Positions 11,870-26,183 are shown, counted from the stretch's first letter. The stretch: DNA of 64,000 bases from Octopus sinensis (GCF_006345805.1 NC_042999.1:159216001-159280000), one strand, 5' to 3'. The notes: generated by a model from the letters alone, not told the origin. Numbers and translations are program-made.

Positions 11870-13330
11870 ACTGCGAAATTGGAGAATGACCAACGAACTT
11901 TGCATTAGAGGGAGGGGTTAGGTTAAGAATATAATTTGTGAAAGGGTGTAATATGATATTTAAAGTCAGAAGTCTGCTAGACTGGTTCTTTGGCAGGTTA
12001 CATGTGGGGTGGATGTAGGTGATATTTTATTATACTAGGCTTAGCGAAGTGGGTAGCTGGGAGAAGATCGAAGATAAAGTAAAGATAAAGGATAAAGAAA
12101 GTAAAAAGTAAAAGTGAATATAAATTCATAAATAAAGCTAGGCATATGGTCGGGGTTCAGCATTCGCTAGCTAAGGCTAAAGAACAAAAGGGAAGAGAAC
12201 AAAGATACACAGAATTAGGGGTATTCTGTGGTTATAGGTTGAATGTTAGGGGAGGGTACGAAGGCAACCAAATGATAAGTCCTAACTGTTATGCGCGATT
12301 GATTTATCTGGTAAAGTGGAAAGATGTAGGACGTTGTTTTAGATACGAATATGTTTTATGGGATAGTGGAAACCACTTTGCAATATGAGGACATGTTTGC
12401 TTGGAGAGGAAATACCTGGTGGCAATAGTAGTGTACTACTTATCATTTAGGAGTTCAAACAAATAGGAGGTTATATAATAAACTACACCTATTACCGAGT
12501 TAGAGCAAATACCAGATCGGATATCAAAAAAAGCCAACAGTAGGAAATAGTGTAATGATAAACAATTTGGAATCTTATAAAAGAGGCATTGATATTTAAG
12601 TACATAGTATAATCCCCATTGTGTGAATCAGGTAATGCAACTCTGGACAATTGTCGCAGGTAAAATGTGTGGATAGTGTGTCCCATCTATTATTTAACAT
12701 GCACAGCACAAATAACTGCATGTTGGTATAAGGATTATTTACTTAGTGGAACTGGTAAAGAACTGGCTAGAATGGGGAGGCTGCTACTTCTAGGTTGGAT
12801 ATTTTCGCTATCGCTGATGCATAATACTGGGTACACCACAAATAGAATGGTTACTTCCTTCAATATAGCACACCATGCAAGAGCGGTTAGGAAGTAACGG
12901 TAAGCAAGAACGAGACTAAAAGGAATCAGACAATTAAAACCAATCAACTTTAGTTGGAGTAAATTTAATTGGTCTTATGTTAGGAACTATTCTAGAGGTT
13001 GTTTAAGGTCCTTGAAATATTTAAAGGTGCGGGTAGCCTTATGTATATAGGAAAGACTAAGATCTAGTTTATTATTTATTAGATTTTCTCTAATTGGTTT
13101 CTAAAATTTCGAACAGCTCCATGCAGCAAACCCTGCACCCGTATCTGCTGTTTGAGTACAATATAGCGACCCTAATGATGCCCAACTCAAATCAAATTTA
13201 GCACTTCGTGGCTAGAACAGTCCTGCCTGCCCTCTGTCTTAATTTCCATAGGCCGGAACCACAGGTTTATCCAAACCTACCTGGGGTATATCTTTTCAAG
13301 TACTCGATTCTATCTGAATCCTTATTCTAC
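11870..13330 (-). mobile_element. Highly decayed retroelement, possibly tyrosine-recombinase (DIRS/Ngaro) type
   Basis: Strong strand asymmetry with scattered weak peptide echoes ('DTGAGFAAW', 'SYASAI', 'FLISDLV', 'TCP...YLKQRP'); many stops. Classification is tentative. Confidence 0.25.
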
Positions 13331-13390
13331 TATGTATGTATGTATATATGTATGCATGTATGTATATATGTATGTATGTATATATGTATG

Positions 13391-13426
<36 letters not shown>

Positions 13427-13598
13427 ACTCTTAATTTGAGCGGAGGCAATGCGAGCAGAAACTAAAGGAACATTACTAAGATCCACACACAAAGATCAAA
13501 TACATACATATACTCATATATTCATTTATATCTACAGAATGGACATAAAATCCGACATATATAAATATGATAATATATATAAATAGATAAAAATCATA

Positions 13599-13899
13599 TC
13601 TATATATATAAAAGAAAGGTTGTGTGGTGTCTGTCTCTTACGATTTAGATTCCTAACTACTCCCACATTTTGCGGTGCAGTTTAACCAAAACCGGGTATC
13701 TTATAGTCGTGATTCATATCGAGCCCTTCTGGGTATTAGCGCGTGTCTACGATGACTCTACGATTTAAAAAAAAAATTACCATCATTTTTTTCCATTTTT
13801 AATGCATTTTTTGCTATTATATAAGGGAAGTAACTCTCTAAAAATGCTTATATAGTTATTTCCCTTACAAACCCGAGCAACGCCGGACGATACTGCTAG
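13599..13899 (+). mobile_element. Non-autonomous Helitron, copy 2 (shorter)
   Basis: Same termini and hairpin as 209-713, inserted between A and T; lacks about 200 bp of the interior of copy 1. Confidence 0.85.
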
Positions 13900-14659
13900 T
13901 AATATATATAAATATATAATAATCAGTGTTACATAGAAAACACAGTGAATTTGCGCTTAAAATTACATAACGTGGGTAAATAAAAAAATTTGGGATAATA
14001 AAAAATAAAAAGGACATATTAAAATGACGTATTTAAATTCCAGAAAAAATACAGAAAAAATACAAAAATACGAAAGTGTGGATCTTAATGTTCCCTTAGT
14101 CCATGCTCGCATTGCCTCTGCTCAAATTAAGAAGTGGAATATAGCTCACTTGGAGCACTACAACTCCAGTCTGTATTATATTTCGAGTACTGTTATTACT
14201 AGCTATCTCAAGATAAAACTGTGTATTTTGTATATTATATACATATATATATATATATATATATAATATATATATATATATATAAGGGCAACTGCTGAGT
14301 AGCGCCACATGCTAGCCCCTGTCTATGTGGAAAATGAGGTAGTTTTAGAGCCACTGGCGTCTACTTCTAGTATGTGGCTCTGCTCAGTATTTGCCTTTAT
14401 TATAATTATATTTATAAAATTATATACTTTGTATTAATTTTCACCTAAATAGTTTATTACATGCTTGGTACTTGATAACATTCTATACAGATTTTATCCT
14501 TGATTATAACGATAAATATGAAATACTTCAATGAATTTATTCACTGCTGAATTATTTTGGTTCTTCGCATGTGGATGAGATGAACGAACTAGATTAAGTT
14601 GTATATAAATATGAACATTTTTATATGCGCTGTGGATACGTTGTGTTTGTATGGTATAC

Positions 14660-15083
14660 TCTTTTACTCTTATACTTGTTTCAGTCATTTGACTGTGGCC
14701 ATGCTGGAGCACCACCTTTAGCCGAGCAAATCGACCCCATGACTTATACTTTTGTAAGCCTAGTACTTATTCTATCGGTCTCTTTTGCCGAACCGCTAAG
14801 TTACGGGGACGTAAACACACCAGCATCGGTTGTCAAGCGATTTGGGGGGGGAACAAACACAGACACACAAAGACATACACACACATACATACATATATAT
14901 ATTTATATGTACATATATACGACGGGCTTCTTTCAGTTTCCGTCCACCAAATCCACTCACAAGGCATTGGTCGACCCGAGGCTATAGTAGAAAACACTTG
15001 CCCAAGATGCCACGTAGTGGGACTGAACCCGGAAGCATGTGGTCGGTAAGCAAGCTACTTACCATACAGCCACTCCTACACCT
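14660..15083 (-). mobile_element. SINE family A
   Basis: Same consensus. Confidence 0.85.
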
Positions 15084-15569
15084 ATGCTTATAATTATGTA
15101 CTCTTAGTTATGTCATACTGATGAAGGTAAATGGTACTACATCCCTAAACTAGAAATCAATCTATGACTAAACCATTAAAAAAAAATCTTTTGTGTTCAC
15201 TTCCCTCGCTTTTAGCCCGTGTCTATGTGATAAATAAGGAAGTTTTAGAACCATTTAGCGTCTCCTTCTATCATGTGGCGCTACCGAATAGTTGCCCTTA
15301 TTATAATTATATTTATGAAATTATATACTTTGTATAAACGTTTACCTAAATGGTTTATTACATGCTCGCTACTTGATAAAATCCTATATAGATTTTATCC
15401 CTGATTACACATGCATACACACACACATACACACATACATATACATATATACTATGCGCGAATATATATGCGTGTGTGCGAGTACGTGTGTGTATGCATA
15501 TATATATATGTATGTATATGTATATATATAAGTATACATATGTATATATATATATATATATAAGTATAC

Positions 15570-15600
<31 letters not shown>

Positions 15601-15615
15601 AATATATATATATAA

Positions 15616-15648
<33 letters not shown>

Positions 15649-18281
15649 TGTATGTATGTATGTATATATGTATACGCGTATATGTGGGCATGTACGTATG
15701 GATATACGTATACATTTAGGCTTTTGCATATATGTGTATGTGTGAAAATATATGTAGAAGAGTATAGTTATACATGTAGATATATGTGTGAGTTAATAAA
15801 TCTGTGCTTTTATATTTCTATATGTATATGTCGAAATACATATATGAACGTGTGTGTTAAACAATATTGACCAATGGAAGTGAAGCTCGAATGTTTTAGT
15901 GACCAATTTGTGATCAAATATAAATTAAAACCTACAAAACAAGTTTACTTTACGTTGAGTATGTGTATACGTGTGCGCATGCATGTATCGGTGTGCACAA
16001 ACAATAATATATATGCATATATTTATATATATATCTTTGTAGACAAACTCTGTGCGCCTATTCTTGTGAGGTCCATTCCTCTGTAAGAATTACGCATGAG
16101 AAAACGTGAATGTTACTCTATGAGCTGGTCAAACGCTAATTTGCACCTATTCATAGCTATTTGAACGGGTCGACAAACGTTAATTGCTTTAATCTTGGCT
16201 ATTTTAGGTTATAAATTGCGACAAGCTCAACTATTATCGACTGATCCGCTTGAAAACAATGATCCAAACTAAAACAACTTTATAAAAATATCGTTAAAGT
16301 GAAAGTGAATTATGTGCATTTAGCTGCTACTGTTGTTGTTGTTGTTGTTGTTGTTGTTGATTAATATCACGTTAGATCTAAAATGTCAGACCTATGATCA
16401 ATTCCAGCATTGACCTATTCGCTTATTTTGTATAGCCAAGGGACTGATTCATTCAATGTATATTTCCCTTTATAAATTGATATTGTGTGACTGAAGATAA
16501 TTCTGGCAGCTTCTTTTTTTTTGTAGCAAACAGAGCGACTACATAGATGCTTACACATGCCTTCAAACTTGCACAGTAGGGTTTCACAGAATAAAGGAGA
16601 AAATTATCCAGCTCCGAAATCAACAACGAAATTTCTCAAAGAAAAGAATTGACTGAATAAAAGTAAAGTGAGAACTTCAACAAGTAATTGTTCTTAGAAC
16701 AAAATGCGTTTCATGTAATTATAAAACCTTAGAATTTACTTGGCGGTTAGAATGGTTATTTCAGTAACATTACAAAGGAAATGAAGCGTGGTGAAGTTTC
16801 GCTATGTACATAGTTATTGTAAACAAGCTGGACTAGCAATTGTATGCTGCTTGGTTCTAATAATGCATCATGAATTATATGGCCTCTAGGAATATATTTA
16901 GTATGTCCACACAAATGTAGGATTGGAGCTTGTGTTTATTGTGTGATGTGCGACATGGATGGTAGAAAGATTTTCGTGAACGAGGATCACAATTCAGCTT
17001 CCATATCCAACCTAGTTCTTGTTGCCATCGGTTTTCTCATTCCCGTCGTTGTAGATGTTAATATTGCTTCAGTGTAGCCCGTCGTATAGGCAGCATCAGG
17101 TTGATCAATGATTAATGGCATTTTAATTATGATCTTCCACTATTTTTAAATATCTGGGCACCCACCTAAATTCGGGTATAATATATATAGGACTGCAGGG
17201 TAGCTTTACGCCCTAATGAAATGCAGATTTCTTTCCGTTTTTACGATGGTTGGTAATGATTTGAGGGAGGCTTGACTGCTGTTTCTAACAGGTTGGGCGA
17301 CCTCCTATTGTCTTGATCGTAGCATATTTAATACCCATAGAAGGCCATGTTTGCACAATTGCTATCGTCACTTTATTCACTTAGGTTAATAACCTAAGTG
17401 AATAAAGTGGTTGAGATCTTACGTGAATGAAGTAAACAAATATTTATTTCTTAAAATCTTTTAAAATGTTAAAAACAGTGTTAGCTGCTTCTACGTGAAG
17501 TCTCAAGGATTATTGTCTCCTCGGTAGAAACTATAAAGTCTAGGAATATATAGCTTTCTAATTAACTTTAACGCTATATATATTTAAGATAAATGAGACT
17601 GTCAATTATAGCAATTATATACTTCAGTAAAAGCGGAATGATATCTTCTTACAAATAAATTATTAAAAGGATTTTCAAATCGTTAAGTGCTAAATTTAAA
17701 TATTGTGTTAGAAGGAGTTTTGTTGCTCTCTCACTCAAATGCGCTCTACACATAATAATCAACTCTGGGGAATAGGGTGGCCAGATGTTAGGCCATAATT
17801 TTTATTGAAAGGTACGAAATTATGTATCCGAGGCAATCAAAGGCTGGATAACCATAGTTTCAATATCTTGATCACTGGTTAGTTCAGCTAAGTCTGAGTT
17901 AAACAATGACAACAACAGCAACAGCAACATTGAATATAAGATACTAAGCTTGGTATACAACTTTAGAGACAAGACCTTTTCTATGGAATACATCCTATGA
18001 TTAAACAATTTCTGTTATTGAGAAAACTAAATATGTCGACATTTTTCAGTATAAAGCAATTTGATGTTTCTTTCTTATAACACAGTGCAATTTCATTTCA
18101 AGATGCAGATTGATTTGTTGTGTTCTACCAGAGAGAATGCTATAAAATACTAATTACATTATCTGTTCTTCGGTTATTAACGTCTTGATTAATTTGGTCT
18201 GTTAGAAGCAGTCCAGGCGAAGTTTAATCATTCAGGTTAATTATCTAGACGACAAAAATAATAGTGCTGTTTTTAAATACT

Positions 18282-18511
18282 CTTTACTCTTTTTTCTCTC
18301 TTTTTACTTGTTTCAGTCATTTGACTGCGGCCATGCTGGAGCACCGCCTTTAGTCGAGCAAATCGACCCCGGGACTTATTCTTTGTAAGTCCAGTACTTA
18401 TTCTATCGGTCTCTTTTGCCGAACCACTAAGTGACGGGGACGTAAACACACCAGCATCGGCATTCAAACAATGCTAGGGGGACAAACACAGACACACAAA
18501 TACACACACAC

Positions 18512-18554
<43 letters not shown>

Positions 18555-18720
18555 TACGACAGGCTTCTTTCAGTTTCCGTCTACCAAATCCACTCACAGG
18601 GCATTGGTCGGCCCGGGGCTATAGTAGAAGACACTTGCCGAAGATGCCACGCAGTGGGACTGAACCCGGAACCATGTGGTTGGTTAGCAAGCTACTTACC
18701 ACACAGCCACTCCTGCGTCT
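18282..18720 (-). mobile_element. SINE family A
   Basis: Reverse complement of the 19066-19485 consensus. Confidence 0.85.
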
Positions 18721-19065
18721 ATACTCCTCTTCAGTATTTTGGTACTTTTATATTCCGAGTTCAAATCCAGCAGATATTATCATTAGCTTTCAACTGTACG
18801 TGAGACAGAGAGAAAATAGTGTTGACTGCACGAATATGCCTAACTATAAAGTTCTCTTCAAAATGTGCGGTCTTTATCAATGGCAATATTGTCTAAACTT
18901 ACTAAAACCCTTAGGGCAGAGATTCTCACAGTAAACGGTACCACTCCTTGCGGGTCAAAGGGGACTTTGATAGATTCATCTTGTAGCTCCCCTAATTTCC
19001 AAACATTATTGAAATTTTTTTTTCGAAGTTAATGTTAGTGATCGAAATTTTGATGAAATTACTTA

Positions 19066-19485
19066 GGCGCAGGAGTGGCTGTGTGGTAAGTAGCTTGCTA
19101 ACCAACCACATGGTTCCGGGTTCAGTCCCACTGCGTGGCATCTTGGGCAAGTGTCTTCTGCTATAGCCCCGGGCCGACCAATGCCTTGTGAGTGGATTTG
19201 GTAGACGGAAACTGAAAGAAGCCCGTCGTATATATGTATATATATATGTGTGTGTGTGTTTGTGTGTCTGCGTTTGTCCCCCTAGCATTGCTTGACAACC
19301 GATGCTGGTGTGTTTACACCCCCGTCACTTAGCGGTTCGGCAAAAAAAAGAGACCGATAGAATAAGTACTGGGCTTACAAAGAATAAGTCCCGGGGTCGA
19401 TTTGCTCGACTAAAGGCGGTGCTCCAGCATGGCTGCAGTCAAATGACTGAAACAAGTAAAAGAGTAAAGAGAGTAAAGAGTACCA
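19066..19485 (+). mobile_element. tRNA-derived SINE family A (CORE-like, internal microsatellite, GAGTAAAA tail), full length
   Basis: Head GGCGCAGGAGTGGCTGTGTGGTAAG...GGTTCAGTCCC (A/B-box-like), then CTTGGGCAAGTGTCTT, (TA/TG)n and the tail. Many copies in this window. Confidence 0.85.
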
Positions 19486-19622
19486 GTAATGCTATCGTCA
19501 GCAACTTTTTGTGATGTATTTAATTTTGTTGAATCGTTGTAAGGGAGCAATAGAAAAGTGGCAATTAATGAAGAGTCTGAAAAACATTGGCTTAGAGAAT
19601 GTATTGTATAAAATTCACCTAC

Positions 19623-19772
19623 CCGTAAAAGAAAATTGTCTACGAAAGAATGTGGATTATCCTCTTTATTAAATACTGGTTGCTTTATCATCAGCTTGAG
19701 CCGGAATGTTAGCAACAGAAGTGTTATTGCTACCATAAAGAATATTCGGAACAAAAGGTAAAATATGGTCAC
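19623..19772 (-). CDS. TMTC4: TMTC4-like internal exon D: VTIFYLLFRIFFMVAITLLLLTFRLKLMIKQPVFNKEDNPHSFVDNFLLR
   Basis: 150 nt, acceptor ttctatgtttcag and donor gtaggt, phase 0-0. Carries the TMTC 'R..M...P.F...DNP.SF' (DUF1736 start) motif. Confidence 0.9.
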
Positions 19773-20843
19773 CTGAAACATAGAAAAAAGAATATTATAT
19801 TTGACTTTTTTAAATTGTACAATATGTAGGCAAATAGAAGAGAAATACAAGGTATAGAGAGGTAGGAATGGTAAATCAATGATAAAATATATTTTTATTT
19901 TCAGAGGTATTAATATTTATATTAATTTTATCCACCCGAAGCTGGTGAAATGTAGAGCTGTGTGATAAGGGTAGTGTAGTAGAGTTTACAAACACACAAG
20001 CACTGTCATTTGATGTGTATTTGAATTAAGACGTGTAACCTGGACAGCGGATGTTAATGTTTGAGCAACTTAGGTGTCAAAAAGAAATGGAAAGTGTGGT
20101 TTGTGTTTTATTAAGAAATGACGACTGGCACTTAGATTGAAACGCATTTCACAGATGTCAGAGAAGAGGAGATACCCATTGGTCAGACGATGTGATACGC
20201 ATACCATCTAGAGGAATAAATTTGGCCTCTGTGCGAAAATACATTATAAGAGTTTAGACTGAAAGAAAACTAGAGAATCTTCTTGTGGATACAGTCCGTG
20301 TACCCACAAGTAGATTCAGTGCTTTATTTACAATAGTATCCTCTCGTGGTTTTACAAGGGTTCGTCCATTTGGAAAGATCTTTAACAGTGTGATAGGAAC
20401 AGCGTTAGCAGAAGAGGAGTAAAGGAAGACAGCAGAGGAAGTGAAAGGTTGAAACGTCGTTTGCATTTAGTGACTAACATAATCCACAAAGCAACGATGA
20501 GTCTGACAATGAATAGATTTAGTGAAGTCTCGCTCTGCTGCTTAATTTATTTCATTTCTTTTATTTTCCCACGATTTAAGTGAGCATTTGTATGTAGCAA
20601 AATTACGCTTTCTCTTGAAAGGATTCGCTTATTAGCTTTTGTCTTTGGAATTGATCTTTATATACCACGGTGAAAACGTTTTGGTATTTTATTAAGTTAT
20701 GTTTGTTCAGTCATTATTTCAGAATATATATCAATTCAGTTAGCTTTATGATTAAATAAGTAGCTGTCGTGGGTGAATCAAGTGCCGGATGCTCTTCGAC
20801 TGGATGAAGGAGTAGTAGTAGTATAAGTAGTAGTAGTAGTAGT

Positions 20844-20876
<33 letters not shown>

Positions 20877-21063
20877 ACAGGATTAGTAGGAAACTTTTAG
20901 CTATCACGCTATTCACGTTTCCGCCGAAGGGAAAGAATATTATTCTGTTTAACGAATATATTTGGAAGACAATTTTAAAAACACAATATTCTTCAATTCT
21001 TCATCGTGCTAACAAATTCTTTAGCGTCTTACTAAATAAGCAAATTATATATATATATATTAT

Positions 21064-21427
21064 TTTATCCTTTTACGTGTTTCAATAATTTGACTGCGGC
21101 CATGCTGAAGTACCGCCTTAAAGGGGTTTAGTCGGAGACCTCGAGCCCAGGATTTCTTCTTTGTAAGCCTAGTACTTATTCTATCGATCTCTTTTGCCGA
21201 ATCGTCAAGTTACGGGGACCTAAGTACACCGGCATCGGTTGTCAGGCAGTGGTTGTACATATATATATATATGTGAGAGGCTCTTTTTAGTTTCCGCCTA
21301 CCAAATCTACTTACAAGGCTTTGGTCGGACCGAGGCTATAGTAGAGACACTTACCTAAGGTGCCACGCCGTGGGACAGAACCTGGAACCATGTGATTGAG
21401 AAGCAAGCTTCTTACCACACAGCCATG

Positions 21428-21475
<48 letters not shown>

Positions 21476-21838
21476 TTACAAGTGCACCCTCCTGAAGAAC
21501 TTTAGTCAAATCAATCGACGAATCGATACTAATACTGATTTTTAAAACCTGGTACTTATTCTATCAGTCATTTTTTCCGAACAGCTAAGTCTCAGGGGCA
21601 TAAACCAACTAAGGGCTGGTGGGGGGTAGACACATGTAAATATACACACAGACAACACACACATGCGCATATAAATATACATATATATGCATGTGTCCGT
21701 GTGTATGTGTGTGTGTTTACACACTAGTCGGGCTTTTTCAGTTTCCATCCACCATATCCAGTCGTAAGACTTAGGACGGCCCAAGGCTATAGTAAAACAG
21801 ATTTGCCCAGGGTGCCACACTGTGGGACTGTACCCTGA
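21064..21838 (-). mobile_element. Two diverged SINE family A copies (about 21064-21430 and 21548-21838)
   Basis: Degenerate matches to the consensus. Confidence 0.7.
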
Positions 21839-22059
21839 AATGTGTACATTATTTACTCAATTATTGAACTTATTCGATGATTTATCATTTTGCGTTGATG
21901 CTTGACGACACGGGGATGCGATATATAATATGTATATGTGCTTTTGTGTGTGTGTGTGTGTGCGTGCGCGCGTGTGTGTGTGTGTAAATAAATATGAGAG
22001 CGATAGTACTATTAAAAATACAATTGCAGGTAGCAGTGAATACACGCCGTACAAGCAAA

Positions 22060-22096
<37 letters not shown>

Positions 22097-22137
22097 TTAG
22101 TAAATGGTGGGTATGTATATATGTATGTATGTATGTA

Positions 22138-22520
22138 TGGAGGCGCAATGGCCCAGTGGTTAGGGCAGCGGACTCGCGGTCATAGGATCGCGGTTTCGAT
22201 TCCCAGACCAGGCGTTGTGAGTGTTTATTGAGCGAAAACACCTAAAAGCTCCACGAGGCTCCGGCAGAGAATGGTAGTGATCCCTGCTGTACTCTTTCAC
22301 CACAACTTTCTCTCACTCTTACTTCCTGTTTCTGATGTACCTGTATTTCAAGGGGCCGGCCTTGTCACTCTCTGTGTCACGCTGAGTATCCCCGAGAACT
22401 ACGTTATGGGTGCACGTGTCTGTGGAGTGCTCAGCCACTTACACGTTAATTTCACGAGCAGGCTGTTCCGTTGATTCGGATCAACCGGAACCCTCATCGT
22501 CGTAACCGACGGAGTGGTTC
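22138..22520 (+). mobile_element. tRNA-derived SINE family C (about 380 bp)
   Basis: Head GGAGGCGCAATGGCCCAGTGGTTAGGGCAGCGGACTCGC...GGTTTCGATTCCC; second copy at 53176-53538 on the minus strand. Confidence 0.85.
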
Positions 22521-25500
22521 CATCTATGTATGTATGTATGTATTGTTAGAGATTAAACAACCATCTAGGGGTTAATAAATATCCAATATACTACTGGATG
22601 TACAAATACGTATATATAAACATCCAAGTGCTTACTGTTGCAGGGCACTAGCGCAATGGAATAATACGCATGAGTGGGGGTAAAACAAAAATTCATCCAG
22701 AATTTTTAAGGCAAATAAGAAAATGGAGAGGATAATCAATCGACAAACATCAGCCTGTAAACATTCATTTGGATCTATGTATTAATTAATTACAATCACA
22801 TGTATATGTAATCAAAATAATAAATAAACAAATGAACAAGTAAATAGATAAAAATAAGTAAATGAGTAAGAATAAAAGAGTGAAAAATACTAAGCTCCTA
22901 CGGCTGTTTCTACTTTGGGTGTGTCCAGCTTGCCAATATTTCCACATCATACCAATAACATACAGAGATTGTACAAAGGTTGAACAAATATTGGACAGGG
23001 GTTGGACAATAATTGAGCTCCAAAGCTTCATCAGGGAGACCATAATGTTAGGAATCTATGTAAGGAAGTAAGATAAGATAATAAAATGATAAAAATAGTA
23101 AGGAATGGTAAAAACAGTCAATTCCAAGGTAATATCCATAAGTTGTGGGGTTACATCATATGGTAAAGAAAGTCACTTCCAGAAGTAATTTCCAAAGGTT
23201 ATGAGAGTTACATCCTATTTCAATTTACTGGGGAAAATAGGAATGGTAAGACGTTATGGAGTGAGTTTAATAGGATGGTCCATATCACAGGAGTCAAAAG
23301 TTAAAGGCTAACGGCTATGTAATAGAGTATCAGAAAAATTAACAAAGTTAACTTAATGTGAACTTGTTTGGGGAAATCAATACATAACTATATTAATGAA
23401 GGAATAATTTGGTTAAAACTTGAGTGCGATGTTATTACTTATTAGCAAAAACTTCATCCCAATACCCCTATGCAGAACATGGTGAGGTCAGAGTTAATCC
23501 ATCAACTTAATTAGTCCGCTAATATTTGAAAACAATGGCGTTGTTCAGGTCCGTTAACTCTATCAATAAAATACAAAACAAACAAAAAAATATTCAAGGA
23601 ATGAATTGTCTAAGGGGCCTTAAATACTAAAGGGGTTAGGGATATACTATTTTGTTAAGAATTTATCTGGGATATATATCAGATTTACAAGTAATAGTCT
23701 GAACGAGAAAAATAAAGGATGAAACAATGAATGAAAAACATCATCACTCCTGGACTCTAAGCGAAGGGAGGTAACCGAGTAGTACGTTATCGTATTATAA
23801 AGCAGAGAAAAATTATTCACTAAAATAAGGTTTAGGATATGTTATTCCAATATGGATAGATTAAGTTATAATTTCCAATTGACAATTGTCTGAAATAGAA
23901 GAGCAAAGGTGAAAAGGAATGAAAGAAAATATTTTCAAAATTAGAGACTACAACTGAAGGGAGGTAACCGTGTAATACTCCATTGTTAGGATACAGAGAG
24001 ATATTTAGACACTTAAAATAAGGTTGCGGTTATTTTCAATTATAGAAAGAAACAGAGGGTTTTCATGTTAGAATAGAGGTAGACCTTAAAGAAGATAATG
24101 AACCTATGTGAAATTATAATTGTATAAGGTTGTGAAATTATAAAATTGCAAAATTGTAGAATTAATTACAATTACAATGGGAATTATTCTGGCTAAGGAA
24201 TGTAAATATAGGGTATATTGACATAAGATGTATATGAATACAACTACATATACAAATACCCCAGGGTCCTATTTTGTAGTAAAGAAATATATACAAATAC
24301 TAATAGGTATACGGATCAAGAGTCACAGATAATTGCTTATAAATAAATGCTTAGAAATATATGGCGTAACATCCGAAGGAAAACTGGTTTTAATTAAATA
24401 TCTGTATATATAAAAGACAGGATGTGTGAGTGTGTGTGTGTGCGTGTGTTCGTATATACGTGAATGTAATTTATGCACGTCCACAAATTAGTACGTATGT
24501 CGCTCCAATTTTAGGAGGACATTCGTTATGACCCTAGCTGTTTTTTCGTCATCTTATTTTTTCCAGAGGCACCAGCGAATAGCATTAAAAATAAATTTTC
24601 AACCAAAACTTGTAACAATTTTCAAGTCGGAGAAATCTCCATTGTTTGCAAACAGGAGTTAAGATCCCTTCTAGCGACGAGTAAGTTTTTGTTAAGACTT
24701 TTGGTGGGGTTTTTCATCGAGGAAAAGGTGTTTTGTTGATAGACGGGCAACAAATACACACACGAACATGTATTCGTACAATAAAAAACATGTAAGCAAA
24801 ACGTGTACGTACGTACATGTGTGTATGTGTGTGTTACCCATATATATATATATAAACCAATTTTAACGGATTTCGCCCAAATCGTTGATGTTAGTTTTTT
24901 TAAATAAAGTTTGCTTGTAACGTCAATGTTACTTAGTTTTGTTTGAATTACAGAACTTGATTAGCTTAATAATCCTAACTTAATCCCGGGCAAAGCTGGA
25001 AGAGAGTCAAAGTACGGTCATGTTGCCTATAACAAGTGTTGGGGTATAATGCCGATAGTAATGCTTGTGGGTTTATATATTTGCAATTCAGAGAAAGTTA
25101 AGGAATAGGGGACTAGTGGCAAACAAATAAAGCGGGCGATTTAGAGGTACTATAAAGTATCTAAATGCAAAGAGGTATAAAGATTTATACTGTGGGGCAA
25201 GTCCCAATAATATGTCATTGTCAAAGGAGTAAGTAGTACTAATAACATTTAATAATAATACTTAGAGAAAGTATATTTAGCTTTATGAAGGCAGAATAAA
25301 TTCTTTTCTTCTTTAGTGCTAAGTAGAGAAAGTTTGGCCTTTAATATACAAAGAATTTCACTTATACACAACAAACATTTCTCATTCTTTAAATCATACG
25401 TAGGGGCTGAGGCTAAAAGTTTCCAATGGAGGTCATAACTAATACCCTTATCTTTAAGGTCCCATATATAAATTACTCAAACCAGTGGAATTCTTCCTAT

Positions 25501-25615
25501 TTCTGTTTCCGAAGATACGTTTACAGATGGTATACCTACCTATATATATACCCTACATATACCTATATACCTATATATACCTATATACCTATATACCTAT
25601 ATACATATATATATA

Positions 25616-25658
<43 letters not shown>

Positions 25659-26183
25659 GTGTACGTATGTATGTATGCATATATATATGTATGTGTATAT
25701 ATATGCATATATATGTACGTAGGTATGTATTTATAAGCATATTAAATATTTATAAATCAATACTGTCCCCTATCGCTGTTACTTGGTGGTACATTATAAT
25801 TGCATGCAGAAATATGGTGTTCCTACTTTCAATTGATATGTACCTATCAGTTGCCAAAAGAGTGCTAATAAATGGAATAGGTACATCCAATTGTGTTATG
25901 CCGCTAAATTTGGTGTATACATATATCTATGCAATGTGTTTGTGGTTGGTTAATGGTTTGCATGTGATAGTGAAGAAGTAAGAGCTCCTGAAATATACAT
26001 ATACATTCATTGCTATTTTTATATCTACGGTCGCATTGTTTATATAGACGTATTCGGATACAAAATATTATAACTTTCAGTTCTGGCTTTAGTTTCTATA
26101 GATAATCTGTAGCAATAGCTTTCAAAAAATATGTGTGTATGCAAATCTGTTTATGTATATAAGTATGTGTATTATGTGTATGT

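Noticed and set aside
22560-24330. Strand-biased region resembling a decayed LINE
   Set aside because: No convincing RT or endonuclease motif could be read, so it is left unannotated.
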